Shown: positions 50,382 through 62,700, counted from the first letter of the stretch. The stretch: 64,000 bases of DNA from Craspedostauros australis (GCA_030167865.1 JALAGF010003533.1:1-64000), one strand, 5' to 3'. Notes: generated by a model from the letters alone, not told the origin. Made by a program: numbers and translations.

Positions 50382-51587
50382 TCATGTGATCAGCACGCAT
50401 CCCCTGGCGTCAACGCACTTGATGCAAGGTGGCTGCGGCGAATTGATGATGTATCGCGTGCGCAGCTGCCGGAAGCATTCTCGCAGCAAGGTGATGCATT
50501 CCTCCTTCGACATGTCCGGCCGGTAGCCTTGGTCGAGGATGGAGAGGACGAAGTTGGAGCCGTAGCCGTGTGCGCCGTACTGCAGCTGCTGCAACGCACC
50601 GTATTCATCCAACCAGTAGAGTCGTGGCTCCAGTCCCAATCGGTTGACGCTATTGCTGCTGCTGTCTTTTGCCCTGTCCTTGTCCTTGTTGAGAGTGTTG
50701 GCGCTTTCTCCGTCAACGCCGTTGCCATTCTCATTGCCATTGTCATTGCTGCTGTCGATGTCAGCATCAGCATCCACGCTCATTTTCACGTTGCCGTTAC
50801 CGTTGGTGCTTTGTGCAACCTGTATTTGACGCTGAACTTGCGCAGCAATTGGCGCTTGGTTTGGGCCGCTGCAATGAATTGGCATCATGCCTGCAATTAG
50901 CAGGCAGACGTTTGAAGGCTCGCGAGTCCGCAGGTTGGACATGATCTGCGTGCGTGCCAGTTGGGCGATGGACTCTACGGAGAAGCCATGGCTGTGTGGC
51001 ACGAATCGGTCTTCTGGTAGCAGCGCATCAGCGTCGTCTCTACCATGTCCATCGTTGGCATCGTTCTCATCGCCATTACCGTTGCGAGAAGCATCATTTT
51101 TCCCACGACGACGGCGATGTCCAAAAGTCCGGCCAGCGGAGCTGTGGGAGTAAACGACGTCGCTTCCCACACCCGTCTCATACTCACCGATCGTAGCGAG
51201 AGCTTGCAGCAAACCAACGAGCCTGTCCGCATCCGCCGCATCGCCAGCCACAGCGGCAACGACCGTCTGCTGCTGCCGAGGATCTCTGGGTCTTGGATCC
51301 TCGTATTGAAATGGTTCGACCAACGGCGCGATCTTGTCGAGGTTGGAGGCCGTGAGGGAGATGCTCTGGCTGACGCTCGAATCGGCGCCGATCAAGATGA
51401 AATCCTTGCCAACGATCGCCATCAAGGTCTCGGTTTGCGCTGCGAGGACATGATGGTGGTTGCGTTGCGGCGAAAGGATGGAGGCGATCAATGCGGCAGC
51501 GATGATGGCCGTGGTGGACGAATGTCTCCATCGCAAGCATATCGGTGTTCTGCGATGGCGCGGCATGGTGATATGGTGCAATGCCAT
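50382..51587 (-). CDS. 20S proteasome beta-type subunit (PSMB2/PRE1-like) with N-terminal leader and insertions; candidate periplastid copy
   Basis: Motifs ETLMAIVGKDFILIGADSS, VAGDAAD, CLLIAG, LYWLDEYG, YGAHGYGSNF.LSILD and ECFRQLRTRY. About 50-aa extension containing AIIAAALIASILS. Confidence 0.88.
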   Translation of the reverse strand: MALHHITMPRHRRTPICLRWRHSSTTAIIAAALIASILSPQRNHHHVLAAQTETLMAIVGKDFILIGADSSVSQSISLTASNLDKIAPLVEPFQYEDPRPRDPRQQQTVVAAVAGDAADADRLVGLLQALATIGEYETGVGSDVVYSHSSAGRTFGHRRRRGKNDASRNGNGDENDANDGHGRDDADALLPEDRFVPHSHGFSVESIAQLARTQIMSNLRTREPSNVCLLIAGMMPIHCSGPNQAPIAAQVQRQIQVAQSTNGNGNVKMSVDADADIDSSNDNGNENGNGVDGESANTLNKDKDRAKDSSSNSVNRLGLEPRLYWLDEYGALQQLQYGAHGYGSNFVLSILDQGYRPDMSKEECITLLRECFRQLRTRYIINSPQPPCIKCVDARGCVLIT

Positions 51588-52092
51588 GTGGTATTCTATG
51601 ATGTTCTGGGATGGTGGTTTTGGTTGTTTGGATTGTGATTTCTTGTCTTTTGATTATTATGTGTGTTTGTGATGTGTTGTGTTTGTATTTGTGTTTGTGT
51701 TTGGGAATGGGGGTTTCTTGGTCAGTGGCTTCGCGAAGCTGATGGCGGGAGATCTTTGTCCATGTTGGCAGTTCCCTCCACTTGTCTGTGTTTCTGTGGA
51801 TCCAAAAAGAGCGAAAGAATGAAAGAAGGAGGGAATCCAAAGATACGATTCCCTTTTGTTGCTGCCCCATCCATCAACCAGTCAACCGAAGCAACGGCTG
51901 TGGAGGCAAGGGTGTTCTGCCATCAATCCATCAGCTCGCATCAGCTCGCGTCTGTCTCGCATCTGTCTCACATCATACGACTACGACTACGACCACGACT
52001 CCGACGACGACTACTATGCAGCTACAGCTCTCGCTGCCATTCATGCAGACGGCATCCACACGATACGACTACAAATCGAGCGAGATCACAAA

Positions 52093-53829
52093 ATGCAGCT
52101 GCCTCACCCATCAAACGAAGACGAAGTGCCGAGGGTTCGTGCTGGTGCCAATGCAAAGACTGGACCCGTCGTCACCACGAATGTGGATGGCGAACAAGAC
52201 GCCTCTGACATCAAACAGGGTTCGACCGTCCTTCATTCGATCTTCGCGGGCAGGATAACTCAAGATGACTTCCTGCGCACAGCATGGCAGCAGAAACCGA
52301 TGCACTTCCCCCTCCATCAGCCGTCTGCATCTCCCCGTGCAGCATCCGCGCCATCCACGAACAGCAGCGCGTCTGATGGAAGCTGGGATGACGACCTAAT
52401 GCAGCAGTCCCCGTTCAACGAAACCATCCGGCAAGGGTGGTCGGTCCTCACGCATCTGCTGGACAACTACGGTGGCAACACGAACGTCATCACCGATGCA
52501 GCAGCAGGCGCAACCGCAGTTGTTGCAGCCAAGATTGATGCTGGCGGCGACGACGATGGCGATCGCAGCAGCAACAACCGCGACAACACCCGCAACGGAG
52601 GCGCGCATCAAACTGCGTTGATCTTTCGAGATCGTGAACTTCTTCATCCGCAGGAGGTCCAAGAGCTGTACGGCAGCAGCCTCTTTTCGCCATATCTCGA
52701 CGGGTGCTCTGTGGTTTGCAATCACGCAGATCTCACATCTCCATGGATCGCTGCCGTGTGCCTGGATTTGCAACGCGTCTTTCCTCATGCCTACGTCAAC
52801 ACCTACCTCACCCCACCACGGTGCCAAGCGGTGCCACCACACGCAGATGATCGGGATGTGTTCGTCATCCAGCTCGTCGGTTCCAAACGATGGAAAGTCT
52901 ATCAGATGGTGCCCATCCCGTATCCGTACCCTCATGAGCAGGTGGGCAAGGAAGGTCTTCGGATACCTCCCGATGTGCTCAGCGGACCGCTTTGCGTGGA
53001 CATCACATTGCACGCCGGTGATGTCTTGTACATGCCGCGCGGCTTCGTCCACGAGGCCCATTGCGAAGACGCATTGAGCTTTCATGCCACAGTCGCTTTG
53101 GCAACGCATGATTGGACCTTGGCGGGCATGATGTCCAGCATGACGGACCGGATACTCGCGCAAGTCGTGGATTTCCGAAAGTCCATCGCACCTGCACCAA
53201 CCGCAACAACGGTGACACCGCCAACGCAGCAATTCAACCCCAACAACAACGAAAATTCGGATGACCTCCAGCGCAACATCAACCTCGCGCTGGATATGCT
53301 CAAGGCACAACTCACGCCTCAGTCCATCCGCCGACGCCTCGATTCCAACATTGAGAATCACAACCGCCGTTCCTTCCATCCGCGCATGCAGCGTATACAT
53401 CAGATGCGATTTCAAGATCAGACGGATTTCGGAACGTCAATGATTGGTCCCCACGCCGCAAGGCACGTCGCGATGCAGACCGTGCTTCGCGCTGCGACCC
53501 CATCCGAACGTGAGATGGTTAATCAGCAGCAGCAGCAGCGACAGCCTAGTCAAGGTGCCGAGCCGGCTCCACCACAACCCAGAGGACTTTACACACGGCC
53601 CGAGACGACGGATGATATCATGTCCATCATCGCAAGGTTCAAGAGCGATGCAGGATTCAAGTGCAGGGTGAGCGAGATTCGCGATACGATCCTGCGATCA
53701 TCCGCGGCGAGCAGTGGCGGGATAACAGCACCAGTGCCAACCAATCCGAGAATCTGCGATTTGACGTTGCTTTGCGTCGCCAAACGATGTGTCGAGGTCG
53801 GTGCCATGTGCGTTGTGTCATTCCGATAA
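52093..53829 (+). CDS. JmjC/cupin-4 2OG-Fe(II) oxygenase (RIOX1/NO66/MINA-like)
   Basis: Motifs NTYLTPP, PPHADDRDVFVIQLVGSKRW (HxD) and GDVLYMPRGFVHEA (distal His). Probable ATG at 52093. Confidence 0.9.
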   Translation: MQLPHPSNEDEVPRVRAGANAKTGPVVTTNVDGEQDASDIKQGSTVLHSIFAGRITQDDFLRTAWQQKPMHFPLHQPSASPRAASAPSTNSSASDGSWDDDLMQQSPFNETIRQGWSVLTHLLDNYGGNTNVITDAAAGATAVVAAKIDAGGDDDGDRSSNNRDNTRNGGAHQTALIFRDRELLHPQEVQELYGSSLFSPYLDGCSVVCNHADLTSPWIAAVCLDLQRVFPHAYVNTYLTPPRCQAVPPHADDRDVFVIQLVGSKRWKVYQMVPIPYPYPHEQVGKEGLRIPPDVLSGPLCVDITLHAGDVLYMPRGFVHEAHCEDALSFHATVALATHDWTLAGMMSSMTDRILAQVVDFRKSIAPAPTATTVTPPTQQFNPNNNENSDDLQRNINLALDMLKAQLTPQSIRRRLDSNIENHNRRSFHPRMQRIHQMRFQDQTDFGTSMIGPHAARHVAMQTVLRAATPSEREMVNQQQQQRQPSQGAEPAPPQPRGLYTRPETTDDIMSIIARFKSDAGFKCRVSEIRDTILRSSAASSGGITAPVPTNPRICDLTLLCVAKRCVEVGAMCVVSFR

Positions 53830-54213
53830 GCAGATGGGATTGGGCATGCGACAGGATGGCAAGCGGTGCCACGAGTGCAGGTATTAGTACTCGTGCACGT
53901 ACACGTGGACTACATCAGAACTGGCTGTCTACCATAATGTACCAGTATGTAAGTAGAGTACAAGTAATGAGGTGATCTTGGAGCAAGTGTGGTGCTATTA
54001 TATGATGCATTTCAAGGACGTGTGCAAGATTGAGTGAACACTGGAGTGTTTCGAGAACAACGCTTTGTTTGGTGAGATCGGTGCAACGCACACTTGTATT
54101 TACGCACGATGTATGAGTGGGCACTGCTCGATCCTACTTGTATGGTGCCATGCTACTCCACTCCGCTCCACTCTCGTCCAGCCATCCAAGTGATGGAACC
54201 CCTCTCACTGTTT

Positions 54214-55012
54214 TCAAGAAAACATGCTGTCTCCGAATGTGTTTGGTGGGCGCAGATGATCGGGGTTTGGTTCACCAGGCATTTGGCGTCGGTTGGATGG
54301 GTTGCCATCGCCGTTACGACGTGGATCTTGCGGACCTCCTGGAGGACCGAAGGGATCGTACCGTGGCTGCATCGTGCCAGGCCCGCCTCGCATGGGCATG
54401 TTGGATCCGAAGCCTCCACCGCCACCCATGAACATGGGGTGGTTGGGTCCCATCAGATTGCCGCCCATCCCACCGGGCATGTTCGGCCCGACATCGAATC
54501 CTGGGCGCATCAAGCCTGCGGGGGCAAGATCGTCCGCGAAGTCTCTGCGACGGTTGTCCAAAGGGAATGCCTGCTGGATCGTGTTTGGGACGGTCGTCAC
54601 GTGCTGCGGAGCATAGTCCGACTTCACGACTGTGATTGCGGGTCCTGTGGACGGGTGCATCAGATTGCGAAGCCCTCCAGTTGCGGTGTTGGCGGGGGCG
54701 GTGGAATGTGCGATGGTGGCATCCATGTACGGCGTGCCGATTTCGGTCTCCATCTCTTCACCTGGCAACGATCCAAGGTCGAAGGCGCGGGTGTACTTGG
54801 TGAGCAGAGCGGACAGGGCCTTGTAGTGCAAGGCGGGTTGCACGTACGTGTTGGATGCCTTGGCCACATTCCACGAGCTCAAGTTGACGTGCTCATCCAG
54901 CGCAAACATCAGTGGTTCTCTCGGTGGCTCCTGCGACGACGTGGGCGACAGCTGGATGGTGACGTTGGTCGACGCGGCATGCACGTTGATGTCATTCTTG
55001 TTCTTTCCACCA

Positions 55013-55043
<31 letters not shown>

Positions 55044-55845
55044 CGTTCGTGTCCTGCTCGACGCAGAGGATGACAGAACCGAATCCCTTCTTGCGGTAGC
55101 GCAGCATGATCTTGTTGTGGTTGGTGTCCCATTTGGGTGGAAAGAGCTGCGAGGCAGGCAGTTCGCGGATGGGTGCGGCAAAGCCCGTGGACTTGACCTT
55201 TGGATCATCGGGCACACCGGTGCAGGCAAACCCCAGATCGTCCGTCCGCATGGATGCATGGATGATGGCGGCAATTGCAGCGACGGGGCTTCGGACTTGG
55301 GCGCCGTGCCGCGCGAGGGAATCGACGCACAGCTTCGCGAGCTTCTTGCCAAGGTAGCTGGTGCTGGCGCCATCCCCGTGGCTGGAGTCATCCTCCTTGC
55401 TGTCCACGTCCTGCCAATCCTGCATGTCGGATGTCTCGTCCAGGTCGGCGGGAGTGTCGCTGCTCTCAACCATGACGGCTCCTTCCACTAAGATTGACGA
55501 AGCGTTGGAGGCCGACGCGGATGCTGAAGCAGCTGCGGGTGCAGACGAAGTTCCTGATGCCTGCTGGTGCAAGTGATCGGACTTGGAGACGGTTGTGAAC
55601 TTTTGCTTGAGCTTGATGTCTCGCTCGATTCGCTTCCTCTCCTTGTCCAAGCCGTCGAGAGCGGCCTTGATCGCAACGCTGCTCTTCTCCAAAAAGGGGC
55701 AATCCAAGATGTGCCTGCGCAGTTGATCGAATTCGTCGAGATCGCCGTCGATGATCTTGGCTCGTTTGTTGTTGCTGTCGTCGTTGTCGTTGTCGTGGTG
55801 ACAGCCGTCAGATCTATGGTCGCTGTCGGGGTTTGTTGATGTCAT
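54214..55845 (-). CDS. PSMF1: Proteasome regulator PI31 (PSMF1) with long N-terminal extension
   Basis: FP domain (AIAAIIHASM..GF, LFPPKW, LRY) and Pro/Gly tail with DLAP, GNLMGPNHPMF, PRYDPFGP and PNPDHLRPP. Ends SMFS. Confidence 0.9.
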
Positions 55846-57249
55846 CGCGAGAGTGTATGTGTGAATGTACGTACGTATGTGTATGTGTCTGTGTCTGTGG
55901 GTTATACGAATCCTCGTTGCCTGAGGGAGGCGTGTTGAGGTTGAGACAGATTTGAACACAGAGTGGGTTGGTAGGTGGGTGGAAGTGATGGTTGTGGGAT
56001 AGTAGTGCAACCTCGCAGTTCACGTGGGAACGGGCAGAGCTTGTGATGAAGATCTCCGTAGAACTCTTATTTGTGCTCCCTCTGTGTTTGTGTGCACATC
56101 ATGGTTGTGGGTTTCGGATGCAGTTGGGTGTGTGTTTGTCGCACAGAATCTCACAGAGAACATGAGCTCGAAGAGGGAATGGTGTCCAACACGAGAATAC
56201 CGCGGGACTCGATGTCACACAACAAGGAACGAAACAAAGACTTGCTACAGAACTGTCAGCAACTGAAGAGAGCATTGGAGTCGATCGTATTCTACTATTC
56301 ATAGCGCACAGGCCGAGAGATGGTGACAGACAGCGTTTACAGGATGTTGAAGATCTTCATATAGTACCAGTACGAGCAGGACGACGACTGTGCAGCTCTC
56401 ACACCAACCAGAAATAGTCATACCATGCTCTGCCATCATGCGCCACGCAAGGAAAGCAGAGTGGAGTGCAAGAAACATGATATAGCATTATATTTTATAA
56501 TAGAATGGAGTACAGAACGCGATGCCTCAACGCTATTATTGAACGCCAAGGTGGAAGATGCGATTCTACTCTTGCTATTCTACGAACACTTTGAACGGAT
56601 CAAACAACAAGGGCGTCAAACATGAATCTCCGACCTTCGACAAACGTCTTCCACCAATTGATCATGAAATTGTGGGAAGAAGAAGAACCACCGCGTTCGG
56701 TGCTCCTCAGCAACACCAAAGCCAGAATTCAGCGATCGATGTGACATGTTTTCGGGAACGCATGTCGCATGCGACACTTCACTCTTGGGGCCCATGCACG
56801 CGGTTCATCCATCACAATTTGCCCTTCGCCTCGCCAAACGCAGTCACACCAACGCACGCAGCGACCCAATTACAAAGAAAGAACACAACGACGAACAACA
56901 CATGAATTTCACGCACTGGTTCTGTCCAGACAGGCCCCAACTCACACAACAGCCTTGACATCTGCGTTGTGCTTTGCGACCAACAATCGTCACCTGTCCT
57001 CCTTCTCCTTCGTCTTATCAAACATCACATACTGCATCCGCATCAAACAATCCATCGCAATTGTTCTCAGTCGCCATTCCACATTCAGTCTTTGCGGAAA
57101 GTGGAGAACACAAAAGTCGTAAAAAGGAGCACCCCAACTCGTAACACACGAAGACCAACGGAAGAGGAAGCTGAACGCAACGGCACAAGAGACCGACGTG
57201 GAGGGAGACTTGCAAGTGCTCGACAGAGCAGCACAGAAACAGAGCAACT

Positions 57250-57255
<6 letters not shown>

Positions 57256-57287
<32 letters not shown>
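57256..57287. repeat. (AG)n microsatellite upstream of the EF-hand gene
   Basis: About 16 AG units. Confidence 0.9.
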
Positions 57288-57291
<4 letters not shown>

Positions 57292-57612
57292 GGAGAGGAG
57301 GAGACACAAGCAAGGCATCCATTGATCACATAGATCACACGGATAGCATCGACAGGTCGTTTTCTTGTGGAAGGAAGGGGGTGCATGCCGCGAAGCTCCG
57401 TCTGAAAGGCGGAACATCACGCTGCGCACGAAGCGGGAAGGAGAGTATCCCATACGTACCACGGGAGCATAAGCACACTGCCATCCTGCCGTCACACACT
57501 CTCAGACGAACATCATCATCAATACCGACATTGAGTACTACTGAGGACTCTTCCACCGAGTGCTGCCAAGGACAAGAACACAGGGAGACGACGACTCATT
57601 CGTCACGTCAAT

Positions 57613-59281
57613 ATGGGGAATCAGCACTCGTCCGTGCGGGGAACTAAGAAGCTGGCCATCCATGCGGTCGCCAAGCGAATGGAGGTCGATAGATCAACCT
57701 TGATCCATCTTCGCAACGAATGCTTCCACCTGGCCGATCGAGATGACAACATATCGTTCGACAGCTTCGATACTGCGATGCGCAACGTGCGAATCCAACG
57801 TCCTGAAGACAGAGAGATCCTTGACCTGCTGTTCACGATGTGGGACAGCGAGGGTGACGAGGCCATCCCCGTCCACAACTTCATGGTTGGCATATCTCCC
57901 CTTGCCTGCAAGAATGAACGGCTGAGTGATGTGCTTCGCTTTGCGTTGGTGATGGGTGACACGGAGGACACTGGCAGAGTCAGTCGGCAGGAATTGGATA
58001 TCATATTGCAGAGTGAGTAAGCCGTGACTGCGACTGTGAATGTGAATGTGAATGTGAATGAAAATGTTGTAACGACGACGAGTGATGGCGGTTGCGATCG
58101 AGAGACTGATCTTGTGATCAAGCTGGCTGGTTGATGATAGGCAACAAGGTGGCTATCGTCATCATCGTGCACGTTCATCATGGTAACAATGACGGTCACG
58201 ACCACAATCACGATCATTGTCGTGGTCACAATAATCACAATGCGGTCGATGGCAACCAAAAATATCATATCCGCACACCGTCATCCATTGCATCACAGCC
58301 ATCTTCCCTACAGGATATGAAGCCATTGCCGCATTACTTATCTAACCCCGCGACCACTCCTCCTTTATCACTCCACAACTACACCATGTTCTATTGGTAC
58401 ACGCATTGCGCTGTCCGCATCGATCACAATGATCACATCACAAATGGGACGCCGCTCCGCCATTGAATTATTTGCACCATGCTCATGGAACAGGTATCCT
58501 GGACATTGCTGCGTACTTTGGGGATGACACCATCAATTTCAAAACGATACGACGCATCACCGATTTCGTCTTCCTTCAGAGACCCAGACAACGAGTGCCG
58601 CACGCATACTGCGTGGAACGGCTGGTTGAGAACATCCACGTGCAGAAGTTCGTCGAGGGTCGGCTGAAGTCGACCGTCAGCTTCAGCTCAAACGTGCGAT
58701 ATCCAAAAAGATCGTTTCCACTGCCCCCCTCACCATCTTCGCTGCCGACATCACCTTCCAGCATGATGGCCAGCCTGCGAGTCGATACATCATCATACAT
58801 GCCAGCATCCGCCACAGCCTTTGCTGCGAGACCTCCCACGCCATCGCCAAGGCCCATCTCCATCCTGAAAACTAGCACAGTGAAGAGCCGATCGGTACAT
58901 GAGAGCACTGCCGTTGGCAATCACCGAACATTTCCCAAATCGCCGCAGCAGCAGCAGCAACAACAACAACAAAAGGCTGAGCCCGAGTCGCCCTTCGCTT
59001 TCGTGGAATCATTCCTCAGCACGACACCATCTTGCGGCAACCAGGACATCAACGTAGACGACAGCACCTCATTCTTCTCGTTCGTGCCAACCCCATCCGC
59101 TGCAGCCTGCCCACGAAGCCCAGCACCTGTATTCGTCACAACCCCAACACCGAGGCTGGCCGCGACGCAATGCGACTCAATGTTCGCATTTCCCAGCAGC
59201 CCATCATCCGCAGTGGGGGAATCGCTGTTTTCATTTGACAGTCCCCGCAGCGCGACGTCTCCAACCGCAGCAGCGCACTGA
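57613..59281 (+). CDS. N-myristoylated EF-hand (calcineurin-B/NCS-like) protein with Ser/Pro-rich tail; exons 57613-58012, 58494-59281; 395 aa
   Basis: MGNQHS (Gly2/Ser6). EF loops WDSEGDEAI (degenerate) and DTEDTGRVSRQE (canonical). Intron GTGAGT...AACAG gives LQ-S-ILDIAAYFGD. Confidence 0.82.
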
Positions 59282-59726
59282 TGAGCAAGTTCGGCGACGC
59301 GGCAAGCACTGCCAAGACTTGCTTCGTGTCAGTGATTACACAGTGCGGTGTAGAGTAGAGGAGGGTACTCTACTCTACACCGCTCTGTTACGAACTGAAA
59401 CAACAAACAAAACAATGGTTGGCTCGCTTGGACAACATTATCACACACACCTCAATGGGGTATGTACCATGCAGCGAACGACCAATCAAAATGAGTTTTC
59501 ATGTGAACAGGCAAGACCGACAGACAGTACTGCCACGTTCACATACATGTCAGCAAACGAATTAGCAGACAGACATAATCCATGTATTCCGTACAAACAG
59601 ACAAACACACGTTTGGGAAAGCAGGCCAAAATTACAAGACCTGCCTCCGTGCAACGAAGCACCAGCCAATCGATATTAATGATATTACTTCCTGTAGAGC
59701 AGTCATATTCAAAAACATCCTGCATC

Positions 59727-62700
59727 TCAATGAATCAATCTGTACAGCTCTGGTCTCAACCGTTGGATCGTTGCCTCATCGTCGAAGATGACATCGATGG
59801 CTGCGTCTGGGTACACTCTGGTGACGCGAGCGTGGCGCCATGCAACCATCTTGGCCTCTTCCGCCTCCGCATCATTATCTTCTTCCTCGCCATCGTCATC
59901 TTCCTCGTCGTCGTCATCACTATCATCATCGCTGCCTCCGACGGCCGCTTGCCGCTTCACCTCCACTTCGATGCCTTCAACGAGCAACACCCGTGGAACG
60001 ATGTTGGAGATGGCGATGCCGTTTTCTGATGATCCAAACTCTGATGAGCTCTCGCCGGTGAAGGCAACGTTTGCCGTGCGATCTGGATTGATCGAGATGA
60101 TCGTGGCTGGGATGGTGGAGACATACTCATCGTATTTGAGTTCGACAGCCAATCCATTCTGGAGCCGTGGCTCCGCCTCGAAGCCTTCGGACCTAACTTT
60201 CATCGCTGAGCCGGCTTGATCGAGCTCCATCCTTGATGCTCGAGAGGGACCATGGTGTGATCGACGCTTCAAGGCTTCCGTCATGCTCTGATTCAGATTC
60301 CAGCTTCGTCCAAACGTAGAACCTGCTCTCGGCTTGCGGGTGACTGCGCCTGCACAAGTCGAACGCTGCGGCTGGGTAATTTCGCCCTCAATGGAGAGGA
60401 ATCGAGACGACAGGGCCTGGATGTAGCTCTGAGACATGGCAGACATCGCCGTCCCTCTCAACCACCCAAATCGATACGCGCTGGTTTGGAACTCCGCTTC
60501 CTCCATGACGTTGAAGAGCATGCCACGTCTGCCCACTACCAACAGGCGTTCCTTGTATACAACAGTGGCCTCACCATCCATCACTTCCCATGTACCCGTC
60601 TCAAAATCTTGCAGCAAGAATCGCCCACCATCGCTGGCCATTGGCCAGAAGACTTCGTCGTGCAAGAATTGCTGCAGGACTGGCGAGACTTCATCTTTGT
60701 GCGTGCTCGTACAAGCAGTGCGATAGGAGCGGTACAACGCACCGCCGAAACGCTCCAGCCTTTCGTTGAGCTGGAAGTTTCCAGGATGGAAATCCAGCCA
60801 GTGAGCGTACGCGCCCATGTGCTTGGTGTACCGGGTACCGACGAGTACGTCGGGACCTCGTGGCAGCGTGGTGAGTCCCTTCTTTTGCCGATTTTCGGTG
60901 ATGAATCCAACCGTTGAATTCTCCTTGTTTTCATCCAGCGGTGGAAAGGGACGCATTAGCGTCCTGCCGGATTCCAAGTCCCTCGACCATGCCGTGTGTC
61001 GGATCCTGTCCATGCAAACGGCTGTCAGAAGGTACGCGAATGCGATCACAAACGTGATCTGGCAAACCAATTTCCAAATGCGCCGAACCAGTCCTCCTTT
61101 CTTTGATCCCGTGGGTGTATCGTTTGCGCTGGATACCGATTCCTTCGTCTCGTCTTGCCCAGCCGGTGCTAGTATCGCGGAGACGAACTTCAGCACCACC
61201 AGGGCCCAGAATAAATCGTTCGTGAAAACGAAAAAGTTGTGTACTGTTTCGGCGATGTAGATGTGCCACGCATTGTAGTTGCTTTCGTCCATGGTACCAT
61301 CCAAGAAATGTGGGAATCCAATCCTATCCAGCGTGTCCAGTAGCGTTTGCAAGTCCTCTGGTTCGCATCCAGACTGCCGATTCGCGATTCTCAGCGCGGC
61401 GGAGGTGAAGAGGTCGTAGCCCCACTGCTTCGTGGCTGGTTTCCACAGATGGAAGCACCGGAGGATGTTGAATGGCCAGGCCATTGACACATCGCAGTCC
61501 TTCAAGTCGTTCCACGTATGCCCCCTGATTGAGGAAGTGTGAGATATGATGGTAGTTGCCGTTGATCACGGCAAGTATCAGCACGATCACAAACACCAAA
61601 ACAACAAAGCATAGAGAGATAGAGATTGAGAGAGGAAAAGGTGCAAACATAATGGTTTTCGCATTTCGGTCAGAGATCACATCATTTTGAAGTGAATTCG
61701 TGAATCGGTCGGTGAAAGACACAGGGCGTGGCATGCGTCACGCAGGTCGCACTTACCACATGTTCCACTTCATGTGAAAATACGTTCCTCGAGCCAGCTG
61801 TCTGGAATCCTCTGCTGTTGGGCGCGCCAAAAAGGTGACAATGAACATGATTCGGTCCAGTGCGTCCTTGTCGACGTGCGCAGCACCTGTGAGCACATCG
61901 ACAGTTAATGCGTATGGCAACGCGAATGGAACGAGAACAAGACCAAGTCGGAAAGAGGTATCGAATAGAATAAAAGCATGATGCGTGATGCTTGTGAGTG
62001 GTGCGAAAGGCGACGAGTCAAACTTTTTGCAAAAATCAGTCCTGTGGTCCTTCCCTCAACGAATATATTGGCTTTTTCGCTGCAGTACGAGTATTCATGG
62101 AATGCTGCACATGCGCGGTTTCTGCCACTACGTGTTCAACTCATTCGCTCATGAGCTGCGACTCACCTCGGTGCCAAATATGCTGGTTCAGCAACGCTGC
62201 ATCCCCCGCTCTCCATACGCCGTTGATGTCACTCATGGAAACAGCGTTGTCTTCGCAAATCTCATGCAACTCGTCGCTGCAATACTGCGTGCCTGGGCAA
62301 ATATCCGTGGCACCCATATCCTTGGTTGTATCCTGCAGCGGGATGAAGAGGGAGTACGAGTGCATGAAGGTCCTGGCGAATCGCAGCGCGTTGCCGTCCG
62401 GTTTGGTGTCCGGATGCCATGATTGCGGCGGCGCACCGTAGGATGAGGTGATGGCGGTGATCTCCGATAACGACGGGTTGACCCCGACCAAGTCCGTCAG
62501 CAGCGTCTCCAAGTGCTTCTGCGCATTGATCTCCTTCAGGGCTTTGATGACAGCGGGATGTTCGGTCGCCTCGATGCCGTAGCTGATGCGGTTCGTGCCT
62601 TGGGACACTGGGTATTCGGATGGCGTCCCTTTGATTTGCTCGTTCTTGTCCACGACGAACTCTCTGAGGTCTTGGATCGTGTCGTGGGACAGTAGTTGAG

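Noticed and set aside
51856-52092. YDYDYDHDSDDDYY N-terminal extension of the JmjC ORF
   Set aside because: Derived from a (CGACTA)n repeat upstream of the first ATG; likely 5' UTR.
54094-55491. 465-aa plus-strand ORF
   Set aside because: Antisense shadow of PI31 with no motifs; expected from GC-rich codon bias.
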